Assembly: GCA_965238175.1 (NCBI GenBank) | Contig: CBDEGZ010000003.1 | Coordinates: 2,016,001-2,080,000 of the forward strand | DNA: 64,000 nucleotides | DNA from: Gammaproteobacteria bacterium | GTDB taxonomy: Bacteria > Pseudomonadota > Gammaproteobacteria > CAJXQU01 | Reading direction: 5' to 3' | Shown here: one piece after another, positions 49,948 through 60,657 of the stretch | Position numbering within the stretch: position 1 is the first letter of the stretch | How the letters are laid out: the number at the start of each line of letters is the position of its first letter | Program-made: the position numbers and the translations under genes | The notes under the pieces: generated by a model | Database searches by the model: none | Told to the model about the DNA's origin: nothing | What the model saw: only the letters and a program-made list of their open reading frames with translations

Positions 49948-51336
49948 ATGAACAACAACGACAAACAAAACACGCGCATTCTGATTATCGAGGATGAAGC
50001 CCTTTTTGCGAAGGCGGTAAAAAAGCGACTTGAGGTTGCAGGTTATCATCCTGAAGTGGCGGGCAGTTTATCTATCGCGCATAACTCAATTGACAGTTTT
50101 AATCCTGATCTGGTGTTGTTAGATATGCGCTTGCCGGATGGTTCAGGACTCAATTTCCTCAAAGAACTTAGGGAAAACAAAAATTCCAAGGTCCCCGTAT
50201 TGGTTTTATCGGCCTATGGCGAATTGGAAGATGCTGTCGCTGCGATGAAGCTAGATGCTTCGGATTATTTAAAAAAACCAATAGATCTTGATGAATTATT
50301 GCTCAATGTCGAAAAGGTACTCAATCAAGAAAAGATCTCGCGTCAGTTGGAATATTCCAGAAAACGCGAAAGTGTATCGACAGAAAAAGTCGAACTGCTT
50401 GGTGATTGTGAACAGATCCAAACGTTAATTGCACAAGCGCAACATATTGGGTCATTGTGTAATGATCCGGAAGTTCTACCACCGAACATTTTGATTCTCG
50501 GTGAAACTGGAACGGGTAAAGATATGGCTGCAAGAATGTTGCATGGCATTAGTGCGCGTAAAGACAAACCCTTCGTCCATGTCGATTGCGCATCACTCCC
50601 CAAAGATTTGATCGAAGCTGAATTATTCGGTCATGAAAAAGGCGCGTTTACCAATGCCCTAGAAACACGCACTGGTTTAATGGAAGCGGCGGAAGATGGC
50701 GTTATTTTTCTGGATGAAATCGGAGAGTTGCCGATTGAATTACAAGCAAAATTATTAGCCGTACTCGAACGTAGAACGTTAAGAAGGGTAGGGAGCACGC
50801 AAGAACGTCCGGTACCTGCCTGGATCATTTCCGCGACCAATCGAAATCCTGAGAAAATGGTTGAAGATGGAGAAATGCGATCAGATCTATTTTTCCGTTT
50901 GAATGTGTTAAGCATGGTAATGCCGCCTTTAAAAAATCGAGGCAAAGATATTTTATTACTGGCAAATCATTTTGCCAGACAAACCGCCTCGCGTTACGGA
51001 CTCAGTGAAATCAAATTCAGCAAAGATGCCGAAAAAGCACTGATGGAATATTCATGGCCGGGTAATGTTCGAGAACTGAAACATTTGATCGAAAGAGCAG
51101 TGTTATTATCAACAGATGGTTCAATCAATGTTGAAACTCTGATGCTAAATTCTCGTGTAGAAAGCAGTGGACAAACTGATGTTCAAGATCTTCTCAGCTT
51201 GACTCTAGAAGAAGCTGAAAGAGTCATGCTCGAAAGTGCATTAGATCGTGTCGATGGGAATGTTTCAGAAGCCGCACGGCAATTAGGTGTTACCCGGATG
51301 GCGATGCGTTATCGCATGCAAAAACATAATTTTTGA
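49948..51336 (+). CDS. NtrC-family sigma-54 response regulator
   Basis: REC domain (LLD), GETGTGK, GAFTNA, LDEIGE, WPGNVREL, Fis HTH. Confidence 0.93.
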   Translation: MNNNDKQNTRILIIEDEALFAKAVKKRLEVAGYHPEVAGSLSIAHNSIDSFNPDLVLLDMRLPDGSGLNFLKELRENKNSKVPVLVLSAYGELEDAVAAMKLDASDYLKKPIDLDELLLNVEKVLNQEKISRQLEYSRKRESVSTEKVELLGDCEQIQTLIAQAQHIGSLCNDPEVLPPNILILGETGTGKDMAARMLHGISARKDKPFVHVDCASLPKDLIEAELFGHEKGAFTNALETRTGLMEAAEDGVIFLDEIGELPIELQAKLLAVLERRTLRRVGSTQERPVPAWIISATNRNPEKMVEDGEMRSDLFFRLNVLSMVMPPLKNRGKDILLLANHFARQTASRYGLSEIKFSKDAEKALMEYSWPGNVRELKHLIERAVLLSTDGSINVETLMLNSRVESSGQTDVQDLLSLTLEEAERVMLESALDRVDGNVSEAARQLGVTRMAMRYRMQKHNF

Positions 51337-51558
51337 ATCAAAACCGATAATAATTTTTACATTTTATTAATTGCTAGTTATTCGGTAGATTGAATCTACC
51401 AAAGGGCGTGGTGCACTTAATGGCTGAATGTGGGTTGATTTACAGAAAAAAAGGCCGAAAGACAGAATTTAGTATTTGTTTGCATATAGACAACAGGGCA
51501 TTTACTCTTCCTCTGTTTGCTACATTTAAAGTGTCTTATCAACTTTATTAAGTCAATA

Positions 51559-52209
51559 TCAGTATAAATAATTCAAAATCAACTTTGGATGTTTAATTGA
51601 ACCATCAGCCCCCCAGTTCTCAGGTTTGTCTTTTGGCCCAAGATATCCAAATAATGCAACTAGGGATTGCATGCCCGCATTCCTGGCGGCTTGAATATCA
51701 CGTTCAGCATCACCGATATAAAGACATTCATGTGGTGCAAGTTCAAGCAATGTTGCTGCATAGATCAGCGGTTCGGGATGTGGTTTTGAATGCGCTGTTG
51801 TGTCACCACTTACAATACATTTGGTTCGTTGAGTTATTTTAAGTTTATCCATCAAGGGTAGAGTGAATCGTTCAGGTTTATTGGTGACAATTCCCCAAAG
51901 GATATTATTCTGATCAAGATGATTGATCAGATCTTCTATGCCTTCAAAAAGTGTTGTCTGTTGGGCAATATTATTGCTGTAGTTTTCGAGCAGTTCTTTT
52001 TTTAATTCGGCAAAACCTTCATTTTGCTCATTAAGATCAAATCCTAATTTGATCAATGCATTAGCACCATTGGATGTTTGTAGGCGGACTTCTTCCAAAG
52101 GCAACTCAGTAAGTTTTTTATCCGTACGACATTTGTTTAGTGCAGCCGCTAAATCTGGTGCTGTGTCGGCAAAAGTGCCATCGAGATCAAATAGTACGGC
52201 TTTGATCAT
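51559..52209 (-). CDS. gph: HAD phosphatase (Gph/MupP-like)
   Basis: FDLDGT, VTNK, KPHPEP, GDAERD; downstream of ubiG. Confidence 0.75.
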   Translation of the reverse strand: MIKAVLFDLDGTFADTAPDLAAALNKCRTDKKLTELPLEEVRLQTSNGANALIKLGFDLNEQNEGFAELKKELLENYSNNIAQQTTLFEGIEDLINHLDQNNILWGIVTNKPERFTLPLMDKLKITQRTKCIVSGDTTAHSKPHPEPLIYAATLLELAPHECLYIGDAERDIQAARNAGMQSLVALFGYLGPKDKPENWGADGSIKHPKLILNYLY

Positions 52210-52374
52210 GATTTTATTAGAAAGAAAGTTAAGATTATTAGTATGGAAATTAAGGAAGTTCCCTCAATAAAAGTACTTAAGGTACTGTTTTCTTCGACCA
52301 TGTTTTTCGGTAAAATATGTTTAGTGAGTAAGTTACCTAAAGGTTGAAAAACTTCGATAATAATATCCACGAGT

Positions 52375-53079
52375 TTATTGTTTTTGAGCGCAGATCAAAT
52401 AATTCACTTTTAGATCTTCTGTTAGGGCAGCTTCACTATTGATCGGGTTGTATGACATTCCTGATAGATCTTCCAGATTGAGATCATGTTTTCTTAACCA
52501 ATTAGCTATTTCTGCAGGTTGGATAAATTTTGCATAATCGTGGGTTCCTTTCGGCAAGAGAGACAATACATATTCAGCGCCTAAAACGGCGAACACATAG
52601 GCCTTCAATGTTCGGTTTAAGGTTGATAAGAAAATGTAACCATCTGTTTTGACCAATTTTTTGCATGCAACGATAATGCTTTCGGGGGAGGGTACGTGTT
52701 CGAGCAACTCCATACAGGTGACGACGTCAAATTGTTCGTAATTATCTGCTGCCAACGCTTCTGCCGTTGAATGTAAGTAATGTACTTTTGATCCGCTTTC
52801 CATTTGCTGCAGGCGGGCAACTTGCAAAGCTTCTTCACTGGCATCAATAGCGGTGACGATTGCGCCTTTGCTATCCATGCTTTCCGCTAAAATTCCACCA
52901 CCACAGCCAATATCCGCAACAGTTTTAGGCTTAAGTTCTCCTGAACGATTTTCGATATACTCAAGTCGTACAGGGTTAATATGGTGTAGGGTTTTTAGAT
53001 CGCCTTTTGGATCCCACCAGTTTGATGCCATCAAGCTAAATTTGTTGATTTCGTGAGGGTCGATATTTGGATTATTCAT
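52375..53079 (-). CDS. ubiG: Ubiquinone biosynthesis O-methyltransferase
   Basis: WWDP.G...LH.INP.RL, DIGCGGG, CMELLEHVP, LPKGTH. Confidence 0.96.
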   Translation of the reverse strand: MNNPNIDPHEINKFSLMASNWWDPKGDLKTLHHINPVRLEYIENRSGELKPKTVADIGCGGGILAESMDSKGAIVTAIDASEEALQVARLQQMESGSKVHYLHSTAEALAADNYEQFDVVTCMELLEHVPSPESIIVACKKLVKTDGYIFLSTLNRTLKAYVFAVLGAEYVLSLLPKGTHDYAKFIQPAEIANWLRKHDLNLEDLSGMSYNPINSEAALTEDLKVNYLICAQKQ

Positions 53080-53804
53080 TCGCTCATTATATCAACAATC
53101 GAGACGGTTATATTATCCGTACCTCCATCGTTAAGTGCTAATTTGATCAATTGTTGTACTGCTTCTTGAGGATCATAATTATTTAATGTTTCTTCAATAA
53201 CAGAATGGGAAACATGCTTATCAAGACCGTCAGAACTGAGTAAAAAACGATCCCTCTCGTTTAGCTCACTAGTTCCGGTCTCAAGTTGTAGATCACCATG
53301 AGTACCAATACAACGAGTAAGCACATTCGCTGAGGAATGCCGACTTGCCTCATCACGTGACAGCATTCCAAGATCGACATAAACTTCGGCTTGAGAATGA
53401 TCACGAGTAAGTTGGGTAAGTTCTTGATCTCTTAGCTGGTATAATCGACTGTCGCCAGCCCAAATGAAGTGACACTCGTCATCTACAATATGCATAACAA
53501 TAACCGTACTGCCATTAATACGATTATTCTCATTGCCCACTTCAATTAATCTGTTATTTGTTTTATAAAGTGATAGCTTTATTTTTTCTATTGATTCATT
53601 TGTTGATTCTGATGGGTTTTCTAATGAGAGTTCATTCACAGATTCAATAATAAATTGACTGGCAAAATCGCCTGCGTCGTGGCCGCCCATTCCATCGGCT
53701 ATTACCCATAGATTGGCTTCTGGTTTATCAAGAAAGGCGTCTTCATTATGTTTGCGTACGCATCCAACGTGTGTTGCCGAACATGATGCACTGATAAAGC
53801 TCAT
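53076..53804 (-). CDS. PP2C/Stp1 Ser/Thr phosphatase
   Basis: RKHNED, ADGMGGH, GDSR, SDGL, DNIT. Confidence 0.93.
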   Translation of the reverse strand: MSFISASCSATHVGCVRKHNEDAFLDKPEANLWVIADGMGGHDAGDFASQFIIESVNELSLENPSESTNESIEKIKLSLYKTNNRLIEVGNENNRINGSTVIVMHIVDDECHFIWAGDSRLYQLRDQELTQLTRDHSQAEVYVDLGMLSRDEASRHSSANVLTRCIGTHGDLQLETGTSELNERDRFLLSSDGLDKHVSHSVIEETLNNYDPQEAVQQLIKLALNDGGTDNITVSIVDIMSE

Positions 53805-53820
53805 TTTTAATGTAGGAAAC

Positions 53821-54714
53821 TTATTCGCGGGTTATCTGGAAATGCAGAACATGCTCGGGATGTTCTTTGAAAGATTTACCAAAACTTATCTCACCCTCGG
53901 GCGGTAGAAGCATTTCGTCTCGGCGTAGAAATATCTCTCGACCTTTTTCATTTTTTATCCAAGTTCCATTGGTACTTAAGTCAATGATGAAAAGCTTTCC
54001 TCGACGATTTTCTATCGTGAGATGTTGTCGCGAGGCTAATTCTTCTTCTAAGGCTATATCGCAATGCATACTTCTACCAACTGCGAATTGGTTTTGTTTG
54101 TCACGGAAGACATAACCTTGCTTATTGTATTGCATCATTAAGGTTGTTGGTATTTTATTTTTGCGAGCGGCACCAATTGTCATTTGAGTGAGATCTTTTT
54201 CGTCATCAAATATTTCATAGATATCAATATCTTCAGATTTTCCTTTCATTTGAGTTCTATCAATGTGTCGACAATTTTCAAAAAGTCCTGTAGGTAATTG
54301 TTTTGCAGTTTCTCCTGAAGTTATAATTTGTCCTGGTTTTGAGAGGGAGACAAGTCGGGCGGCGATATTAACGGAATCACCAAAGACATCACCATTCTCC
54401 ATAATCGTAGGCCCGGAGTGTAGGCCAACCCGGATATCCAATCTTTTATGTAGTTCAACTTGAATAGACTCTTTTTGTATTTGACAGGCCGCTTTGACGG
54501 CATTCTCCACCGATTCAAACCGAATCATTAGTTCATCACCGATGGTTTTGACAATGATTCCACCACTACGTTCTGCAATTGTTTCAATTGATTGTAAACA
54601 TTCGGAAACTCGTTCTTTAGCCTTTTGATCACCAAGCCTTTCGTACAGTTGAGTGCTGTTACAAATATCAGCAAATAACAGGGTTTGATTGGTGTTTTTT
54701 ACTTTTGTGGTCAC
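53821..54714 (-). CDS. Class III adenylate cyclase with C-terminal FHA domain
   Basis: FADICNST, KTIGDE, DVFGDSVNIAARL; FHA GR, SRQH, STNGT; likely GTG start at 54714 (the ORF-track extension is IS sequence). Confidence 0.88.
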   Translation of the reverse strand: MTTKVKNTNQTLLFADICNSTQLYERLGDQKAKERVSECLQSIETIAERSGGIIVKTIGDELMIRFESVENAVKAACQIQKESIQVELHKRLDIRVGLHSGPTIMENGDVFGDSVNIAARLVSLSKPGQIITSGETAKQLPTGLFENCRHIDRTQMKGKSEDIDIYEIFDDEKDLTQMTIGAARKNKIPTTLMMQYNKQGYVFRDKQNQFAVGRSMHCDIALEEELASRQHLTIENRRGKLFIIDLSTNGTWIKNEKGREIFLRRDEMLLPPEGEISFGKSFKEHPEHVLHFQITRE

Positions 54715-54776
54715 TTTAAGGTAGCCCAGGTATTCCGGACACTTCAAAAGAGAGACAATACTTTTAGAGGTGAGCC

Positions 54777-55073
54777 ATGTCAAAACGTCAAAGTTATACC
54801 CGAGAATTCAAGTTAGAGGCCGTGCGACTGCTTGAGCAAAGTGACCAAACAGCCGCTGAGCTTGCGATTCAATTAGGTGTGCGTCGCAATCAACTGTATA
54901 AGTGGCAAGAAGAAGTCAATCAACACGGTAGCAGCGCTTTTCCAGGATCTGGTCGACGCGAAGCCAGCGAGGAAAGCGAAGTCGTGCAACTTCGCCGTGA
55001 GCTTAAGCGTGTTAAGGAGGAACGCGACATACTAAAAAAGGCCGCACAGTTCTTTGCCAAGGAACTGGATTAA
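54777..55073 (+). CDS. IS3 OrfA
   Basis: YTREFKLEAV HTH, EERDILKKA. Confidence 0.92.
   Translation: MSKRQSYTREFKLEAVRLLEQSDQTAAELAIQLGVRRNQLYKWQEEVNQHGSSAFPGSGRREASEESEVVQLRRELKRVKEERDILKKAAQFFAKELD
55034..55040 (+). other. Programmed -1 frameshift heptamer A-AAA-AAG
   Basis: In the OrfA frame; the -1 frame is open through to OrfB. Confidence 0.85.
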
Positions 55074-55111
55074 AGTATCGCTTTATACAACAACATAAAA
55101 CACACTTTCGA

Positions 55112-55888
55112 GTGCGTAGCATGTGTCGTGTGTTCAAAGTCAGCTCAAGTGGTTACTATGAATGGCGTACACGCAGTGAAAGCCAGCGTTCACAAGAAGA
55201 TCGTGCGTTAATTGAAGAAATTCAAAATATCCATCGCCAGTCTCGCCACGCTTATGGTTACGTGAAAACGTGGAAAGCCCTGCAAGCTCAAGGCATTGCA
55301 TGCGGTAAACATCGTGTTGCACGCCTACGCAAAGATAATGGTATTGAAGCGAAGCGTAGTCAGCGGTTTAAAGTAACGACTCGCTCCAAACATCAACACT
55401 GGATCGCTTCCGATCATGTAAAGCGAAAGTTTTATGCTGAACAACCCAACCAAATCTGGGCAGGTGATGTGACCTTTATTCCAACACAGCAAGGTTGGTT
55501 ATATCTAGCCATCTTACTGGACCTATATTCACGCAAGGTGATTGGCTGGTCGATGTCACATCGAAACGACCAGCAATTAACGATAAGCGCTTTGCAGATG
55601 GCGAACACGCATCGACAACCCCAAGACGCATTGATTCATCACACGGATCGAGGAAGGCTTTATGCCACTGATCAATACCGTGCATTAATGAAGCAACACA
55701 ACATCATTCCGAGCATGTCACGCAAAGGAAATTGTTATGACAATGCCGTCTCAGAAACATTCTTTAGTACGTTAAAGAATGAACTGATACATGAGAAATG
55801 CTATGCAACAAGAGAGGAAGCGAGAAGAGATATTTTTGAATACATTGAATGCTTTTACAATCGACAACGCATTCATCAAACATTAAAT
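55112..55888 (+). CDS. IS3 OrfB DDE domain, last residues replaced by IS481 sequence
   Basis: WAGDVT, HHTDRG, GNCYDNA.SE, YNRQRIH. Confidence 0.88.
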
Positions 55889-57114
55889 TGTAGAAGTTTA
55901 GACCCAATCTGACACATCACTAAATCAAGCGGAGCGTAGCGACGCTTGATTTAGTGAGAGTTACCCGCTTTGATGTAACTGCAACGTAAACATCAAAACA
56001 CAAAGAGGTAACTCTCATGATTCATACTAATGACAAAGTTATAAAACATAAAGTTGGTCTACTCAATCTCGCTGAAGAACTCGGCAATGTCTCAAAAGCC
56101 TGCAAGATGATGGGTTTGTCCAGAGATACATTTTATCGCTACAAAGAAGCGGCTGATGAAGGCGGTGTAGAAGCCTTGTTTGATCGTAATCGGCGTACCC
56201 CAAATCTTAAAAACAGAATCGACCCGGCTATTGAAACCGTTGTGCTCGAGTATGCACTGGAAGAGCCCGCACATGGTCAAACGCGCACCAGTAACGAGCT
56301 GCGCAAACGGGGAACATTTGTCTCACCCAGTGGCGTTCGTTGTATCTGGCTTCGTCATGGTCTTGCTTGCTTTAAAGATCGCCTGAAGGCATTGTCTGAT
56401 AAGGTAGCTGGTGAAGGCTTGATCCTCACTGAGTCTCAAGTCGCGGCGATGGAACGCAAGAAAGACGACGATGAGGCTTGTGGCGAGATAGAGACGGCAC
56501 ACCCTGGTTATCTTGGCTCGCAAGATACTTACTATGTCGGTACTTTCAAAGGCATTGGTCGGGTTTATCAACAAACGTTTGTTGATACTTACAGCAAGGT
56601 CGCTCACGCGAAACTGTACCCGACTAAAACACCGATTACGGCAGCTGACATGCTCAATGACCGCGTCCTCCCATTCTACGAAGAACAACGTTTGCCTATG
56701 TTGCGCATTTTGACAGATAGAGGGACGGAGTATTGTGGGCGAGCTGACCAGCATGATTATCAGCTTTATATGGCGTTGAACAATATCGAACACACCAAAA
56801 CCAAGGTCAAATCACCTCAGACGAATGGTATTTGTGAGCGATTCCATAAGACGATCCTCAATGAGTTTTATCAAGTCGCTTTGCGTAAGAAAATTTACCA
56901 ATCGATTGATGAACTGCAACTCGACCTTGACGAATGGTTGCTCAAATACAATACTCAACGAACTCACCAAGGCAAAATGTGCTGCGGGAGGACGCCGATG
57001 GAAACACTCATCGACGGACAAGCTATCTGGAAGGAAAAGTTTGTGAATTAAACTTAACCTGACAGTCGGTTACTGATAATTGGGTAACTGTCAGATCAAA
57101 TCTGAATTTCTACA
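55889..57114 (+). mobile_element. IS481-family element, complete (1226 bp)
   Basis: TGT...ACA ends, 26-bp IRs (20/26 match); no target duplication visible. Confidence 0.94.
56017..57051 (+). CDS. IS481 transposase
   Basis: HTH plus rve DDE core, GAGG RBS. Confidence 0.95.
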   Translation: MIHTNDKVIKHKVGLLNLAEELGNVSKACKMMGLSRDTFYRYKEAADEGGVEALFDRNRRTPNLKNRIDPAIETVVLEYALEEPAHGQTRTSNELRKRGTFVSPSGVRCIWLRHGLACFKDRLKALSDKVAGEGLILTESQVAAMERKKDDDEACGEIETAHPGYLGSQDTYYVGTFKGIGRVYQQTFVDTYSKVAHAKLYPTKTPITAADMLNDRVLPFYEEQRLPMLRILTDRGTEYCGRADQHDYQLYMALNNIEHTKTKVKSPQTNGICERFHKTILNEFYQVALRKKIYQSIDELQLDLDEWLLKYNTQRTHQGKMCCGRTPMETLIDGQAIWKEKFVN

Positions 57115-57186
57115 TGTTAGGTTAATATTTCTTCCTCAACAAAAGACACTTTAGTGAAAGGATGTCTATCAATCATGCAGCTAAAT

Positions 57187-57735
57187 TTATTTAGCAGCTT
57201 GCTCTTTTTTAGCTTTTTCTATCTCTGCTTTCTCTAATTTCTGTTTTTCCTTTTCTATTTTTTTCAATTCTTCTTCAGTTAATCCTTTACCAATTAATAT
57301 TTTCTCTTCATCTTGATCATTTTTATCGTAGATTAAGTTTTCATCCATGATAATCTTAACCCAGCTAGGGTAGTTATATGCAGTACCCTTATTATGATCA
57401 ATGATTGCACCAATACCACCGCCAAATAAAATATTGCCCCACATCCCACCATTGGCACGTGAAATTAAGACACCAGAACCATCTGCTTGGCCTTCTTTAG
57501 AACACTTTACTAATAAATTATCAGCTGATCTATGCACCTCAGCAGCACCTTGTGTTTCGAGTTGCCATTCACCTCGCTTATTTTTTAGTACACAGTGTGC
57601 ATCATCAATAATATGATTACTGTTATCTTCTGTTGTAACTTGTACTGTTTGATAGGAATCATTTGTAATTGAGGCACACCCAACGATATTAATTATAAGG
57701 CTGCCAATCGTGATTAATTTTATGAAACAGTTCAT
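57187..57735 (-). CDS. Putative lipoprotein
   Basis: IVGCASI lipobox, GNILFGGGIGAIID motif, charged C-terminus; likely start MNCFIK. Confidence 0.75.
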   Translation of the reverse strand: MNCFIKLITIGSLIINIVGCASITNDSYQTVQVTTEDNSNHIIDDAHCVLKNKRGEWQLETQGAAEVHRSADNLLVKCSKEGQADGSGVLISRANGGMWGNILFGGGIGAIIDHNKGTAYNYPSWVKIIMDENLIYDKNDQDEEKILIGKGLTEEELKKIEKEKQKLEKAEIEKAKKEQAAK

Positions 57736-58188
57736 ATTTTTACTAACTCCTTGGATTAATTTATTGAAAGGCATGAAGTACCATGCATACACGCTTTAAT
57801 AATTATTTTTAGAATAATCATTGAAGTATGTTTCTGCAATATAACTAGGTTTACTGATAAAAAATCGAACGTGCATTCTATATGAATATAGATTGATTTA
57901 TAGACAGGATGGGTATTTTGCCCCACTCTTTTACAAATTATTGAAGCAATCGATTAAGGCTTGATTGAATTTGGCCTGAGTATATTTTTCACTTTAAAAA
58001 TATTCCATTTACTGTTTAGTTAAAAACTACTATTCAGAACTATTTAATGTACGAAAATAGATATTTGGTGATACGAGAAAAACACAAATGTTGAAATTTT
58101 TTCTAGTTAGTTTGATTTAGTATAAGAAGAGATGGTTTAACATTATTGAATAGCTAAATGAGTAACCACAGGGTGTATAGCTTCAATA

Positions 58189-58270
58189 TTGAGATCCTTC
58201 GTAATGGCTCAGGATCATTCATCTTGTTTAGCACTTGTCATTCTGAAGACGTTAGCAGAAAGAATCTCAA
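58189..58270. repeat. Degenerate REP-like inverted pair
   Basis: GAGATCCTTCG..CTCAGGATCA and TGTCATTCTGA..AAGAATCTC are imperfect reverse complements. Confidence 0.5.
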
Positions 58271-59552
58271 CAACAAGGTTTTTTTTAAGTGTCTAATTTT
58301 TTTGTAAACAGTATGGGAAAATCCTTATCCCCTGTACTCTTAACTAATTCCTTGGCTTGCAAGATACTCTTCATACGTGCCGGCAAAATCTACAAATCCA
58401 TCTTCTCTCATATCAAAGATACGAGTTGCTAATGATCCAACAAACTCGCGGTCATGACTGACGAAAAATAAAGTACCTTCATATTGTTCCAAAGCCATGT
58501 TAAGCGATTCAATTGATTTCATGTCCATATGGTTAGTTGGTTCATCCATGATCAACATATTCGGCTTTTGTAGAATTAATTTACCAAACATCATTCGTCC
58601 TTTTTCCCCACCGGAAAGGACATTTACTTTCTTATCGATCATCTTTCCTGAGAATAAGAGACGACCGAGTGTGCCTCGAATAACCTGTTCATCATCTTCA
58701 GGAGAACCCCATTGTGCCATCCAGTCATACAAACTGATATCCGCTTCGAAGAAGTGTTCATGATCTTGTGCGTAATAACCAATGTTAGAATTTTCAGACC
58801 ATTTGATCGATCCTGTCTTACTCGGTATCTCACCAAATAAAGTTTTGACGAAGGTGGATTTACCAATCCCGTTAGGTCCAATAATTGCGATCCGTTCGCC
58901 GACTTCAGTCATAAAACTTAAGTCCTTAAACAATGGTTCATTATCATCATAAGATTGGCTAAGGTTTTCAACTTCCAATGCATTTCTAAATAATTTCTTT
59001 TCTTGTTCAAATCGAATGTAAGGGTTAACACGGCTGGACGGTTTTATATCATCAAGCTCGATCTTCTCGATTTGCCTGGCTCTTGAAGTCGCTTGTTTTG
59101 CTTTTGAAGCATTAGCAGAAAAACGTGCAACGAAATCTTGTAACTCTTTTATCTGATCTTTCTTTTTAGCGTTATCTGCCAGTTGTCGTTGTCGTACTTG
59201 TGTAGATGCCAACATATAAGCATCGTAATTTCCAGGGTAAACGCGCAGCTCACCGAAATCCATATCGGCCATATGTGTACAAACACTGTTCAAGAAATGT
59301 CGATCATGCGAGATGATAATTATGGTGCTGTTTCGTTGATTGATAATATCCTCCAACCAACGAATAGTATTAATATCTAGATGATTGGTGGGTTCGTCGA
59401 GTAACAAAATATCCGGATCGGCAAATAACACCTGCGTCAATAAAATACGTAATTTCCAACCCGGTGCGATCTCACTCATTGAACCATAGTGTTGTCCTGT
59501 CGGTATCCCAACACCGAGTAACAACTCACCTGCACGAGATTCCGCGGTATAA

Positions 59553-60657
59553 GGCGGTTTCAAGTTCCAAGTGCGCCATTAACGGCTTTCAAAAAGACCT
59601 CTTCCGGTGTTCGATAGTTGAGTGATTTACGAGGTCGTTGATTAATTAATGTAACGGCTTTTTTAATCTGCCTTTTTGTTACTTTACGGAAGTCCGTGCC
59701 TTTTGGAAAGTAACGTCGTAACAAGCCGTTGGTTTGCTCATTTGTACCACGCTCCCAAGGGGAGTATGGATGCGTAAAATAAACGGACATTTGTTTACTT
59801 TGTGCTATTTCATGATGCCGTACATTTTCACTACCATTGTCCAAAGTCAGTGTCTTACACAACGTCTCTGGAATGGATTTAAAACATTTCTTAGTGGCCA
59901 TGGTAAACGTATCTGCACAGCCATCCATTAATTTCTCAGCAAGCAAAAAACGACTCTTACGTTCGACATGCGTCGCTAATCCACCCCCGCCTTTGCATCC
60001 TTCAACCGTATCACCTTCCCAATCGCCCAGTCGGTTACGTCTGTCGACAACAGTAGGACGTTCCTCAATACAAACGCGGCCAGGGATATGGCTTCGCTTA
60101 CCTGCTGGGCGCTGTCGTTTACGTTTGTTATGTTGAGAGCTCAAGCAAGTATATAACTCACCTCCATCAAACGCATCTCGATAGATCCACTGATAAATAC
60201 ATTCTGTACTGACGTACCTTTTAGTCGTTGTTCGTTTCAAATAACCGCTGATGGCATCGGGCGACCAATGTTGATGCAATGTTGATGTAAGTGTTTCTGA
60301 ACAAATTCGTAAAGAGATGCATTATCACGTTTTCGATAATGGCGAGCCTGTGTCTTACGAAGACAGGCTTGTCTATCAGCAAATTCGTTACAGTAAGATA
60401 AGTTTCGTAGGCGACCATTGCGTGTGACTTCTCGGGCAATGGTACTGTGGTGACGATTGAGACGTCGTCCAATGTCTCGATAGCTTAATCCCCAGTGCAA
60501 TAAATACATTAAGGTGTGACGTTCTTTTGCGCTAAAATGATGATAAGGCATGGCTTTTTCTCCAATAGAATAAGATCTCGACAATCTCATTCTAGCAAGA
60601 CGGAAAGTCATGTCTTTTTAATCACGGCTAGTGGCGCGCTTTGGAGTTGAAACCGCC
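59553..60657 (-). mobile_element. IS30-family element copy 2 (1105 bp)
   Basis: Same IRs as copy 1, 3-bp target duplication TAA, one SNP seen versus copy 1. Confidence 0.95.
59560..60551 (-). pseudogene. IS30 transposase with the same 11-bp duplication
   Basis: CAATGTTGATG x2 at 60266-60287. Confidence 0.9.

Larger units (their letters stand above)
54717..55888 (+). mobile_element. IS3-family element, right end lost
   Basis: Left end TAAGGTAGCCCAGGTATTCCGGACAC, orfA/orfB, cut by IS481 at 55889. Confidence 0.88.

Noticed and set aside
51400-51430. Sigma-54 promoter-like TGGTGCAC...GGC
   Set aside because: GG-to-GC spacing is 11 rather than 10, and there is no gene start downstream on that strand
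54715-54783. N-terminal 23 aa of the cyclase ORF
   Set aside because: Derived from the IS3 left end read in reverse
57116-57122. GTTAGGT next to the IS481 right end as an attC core
   Set aside because: No matching R'' or attC palindrome downstream; a 7-mer is expected by chance
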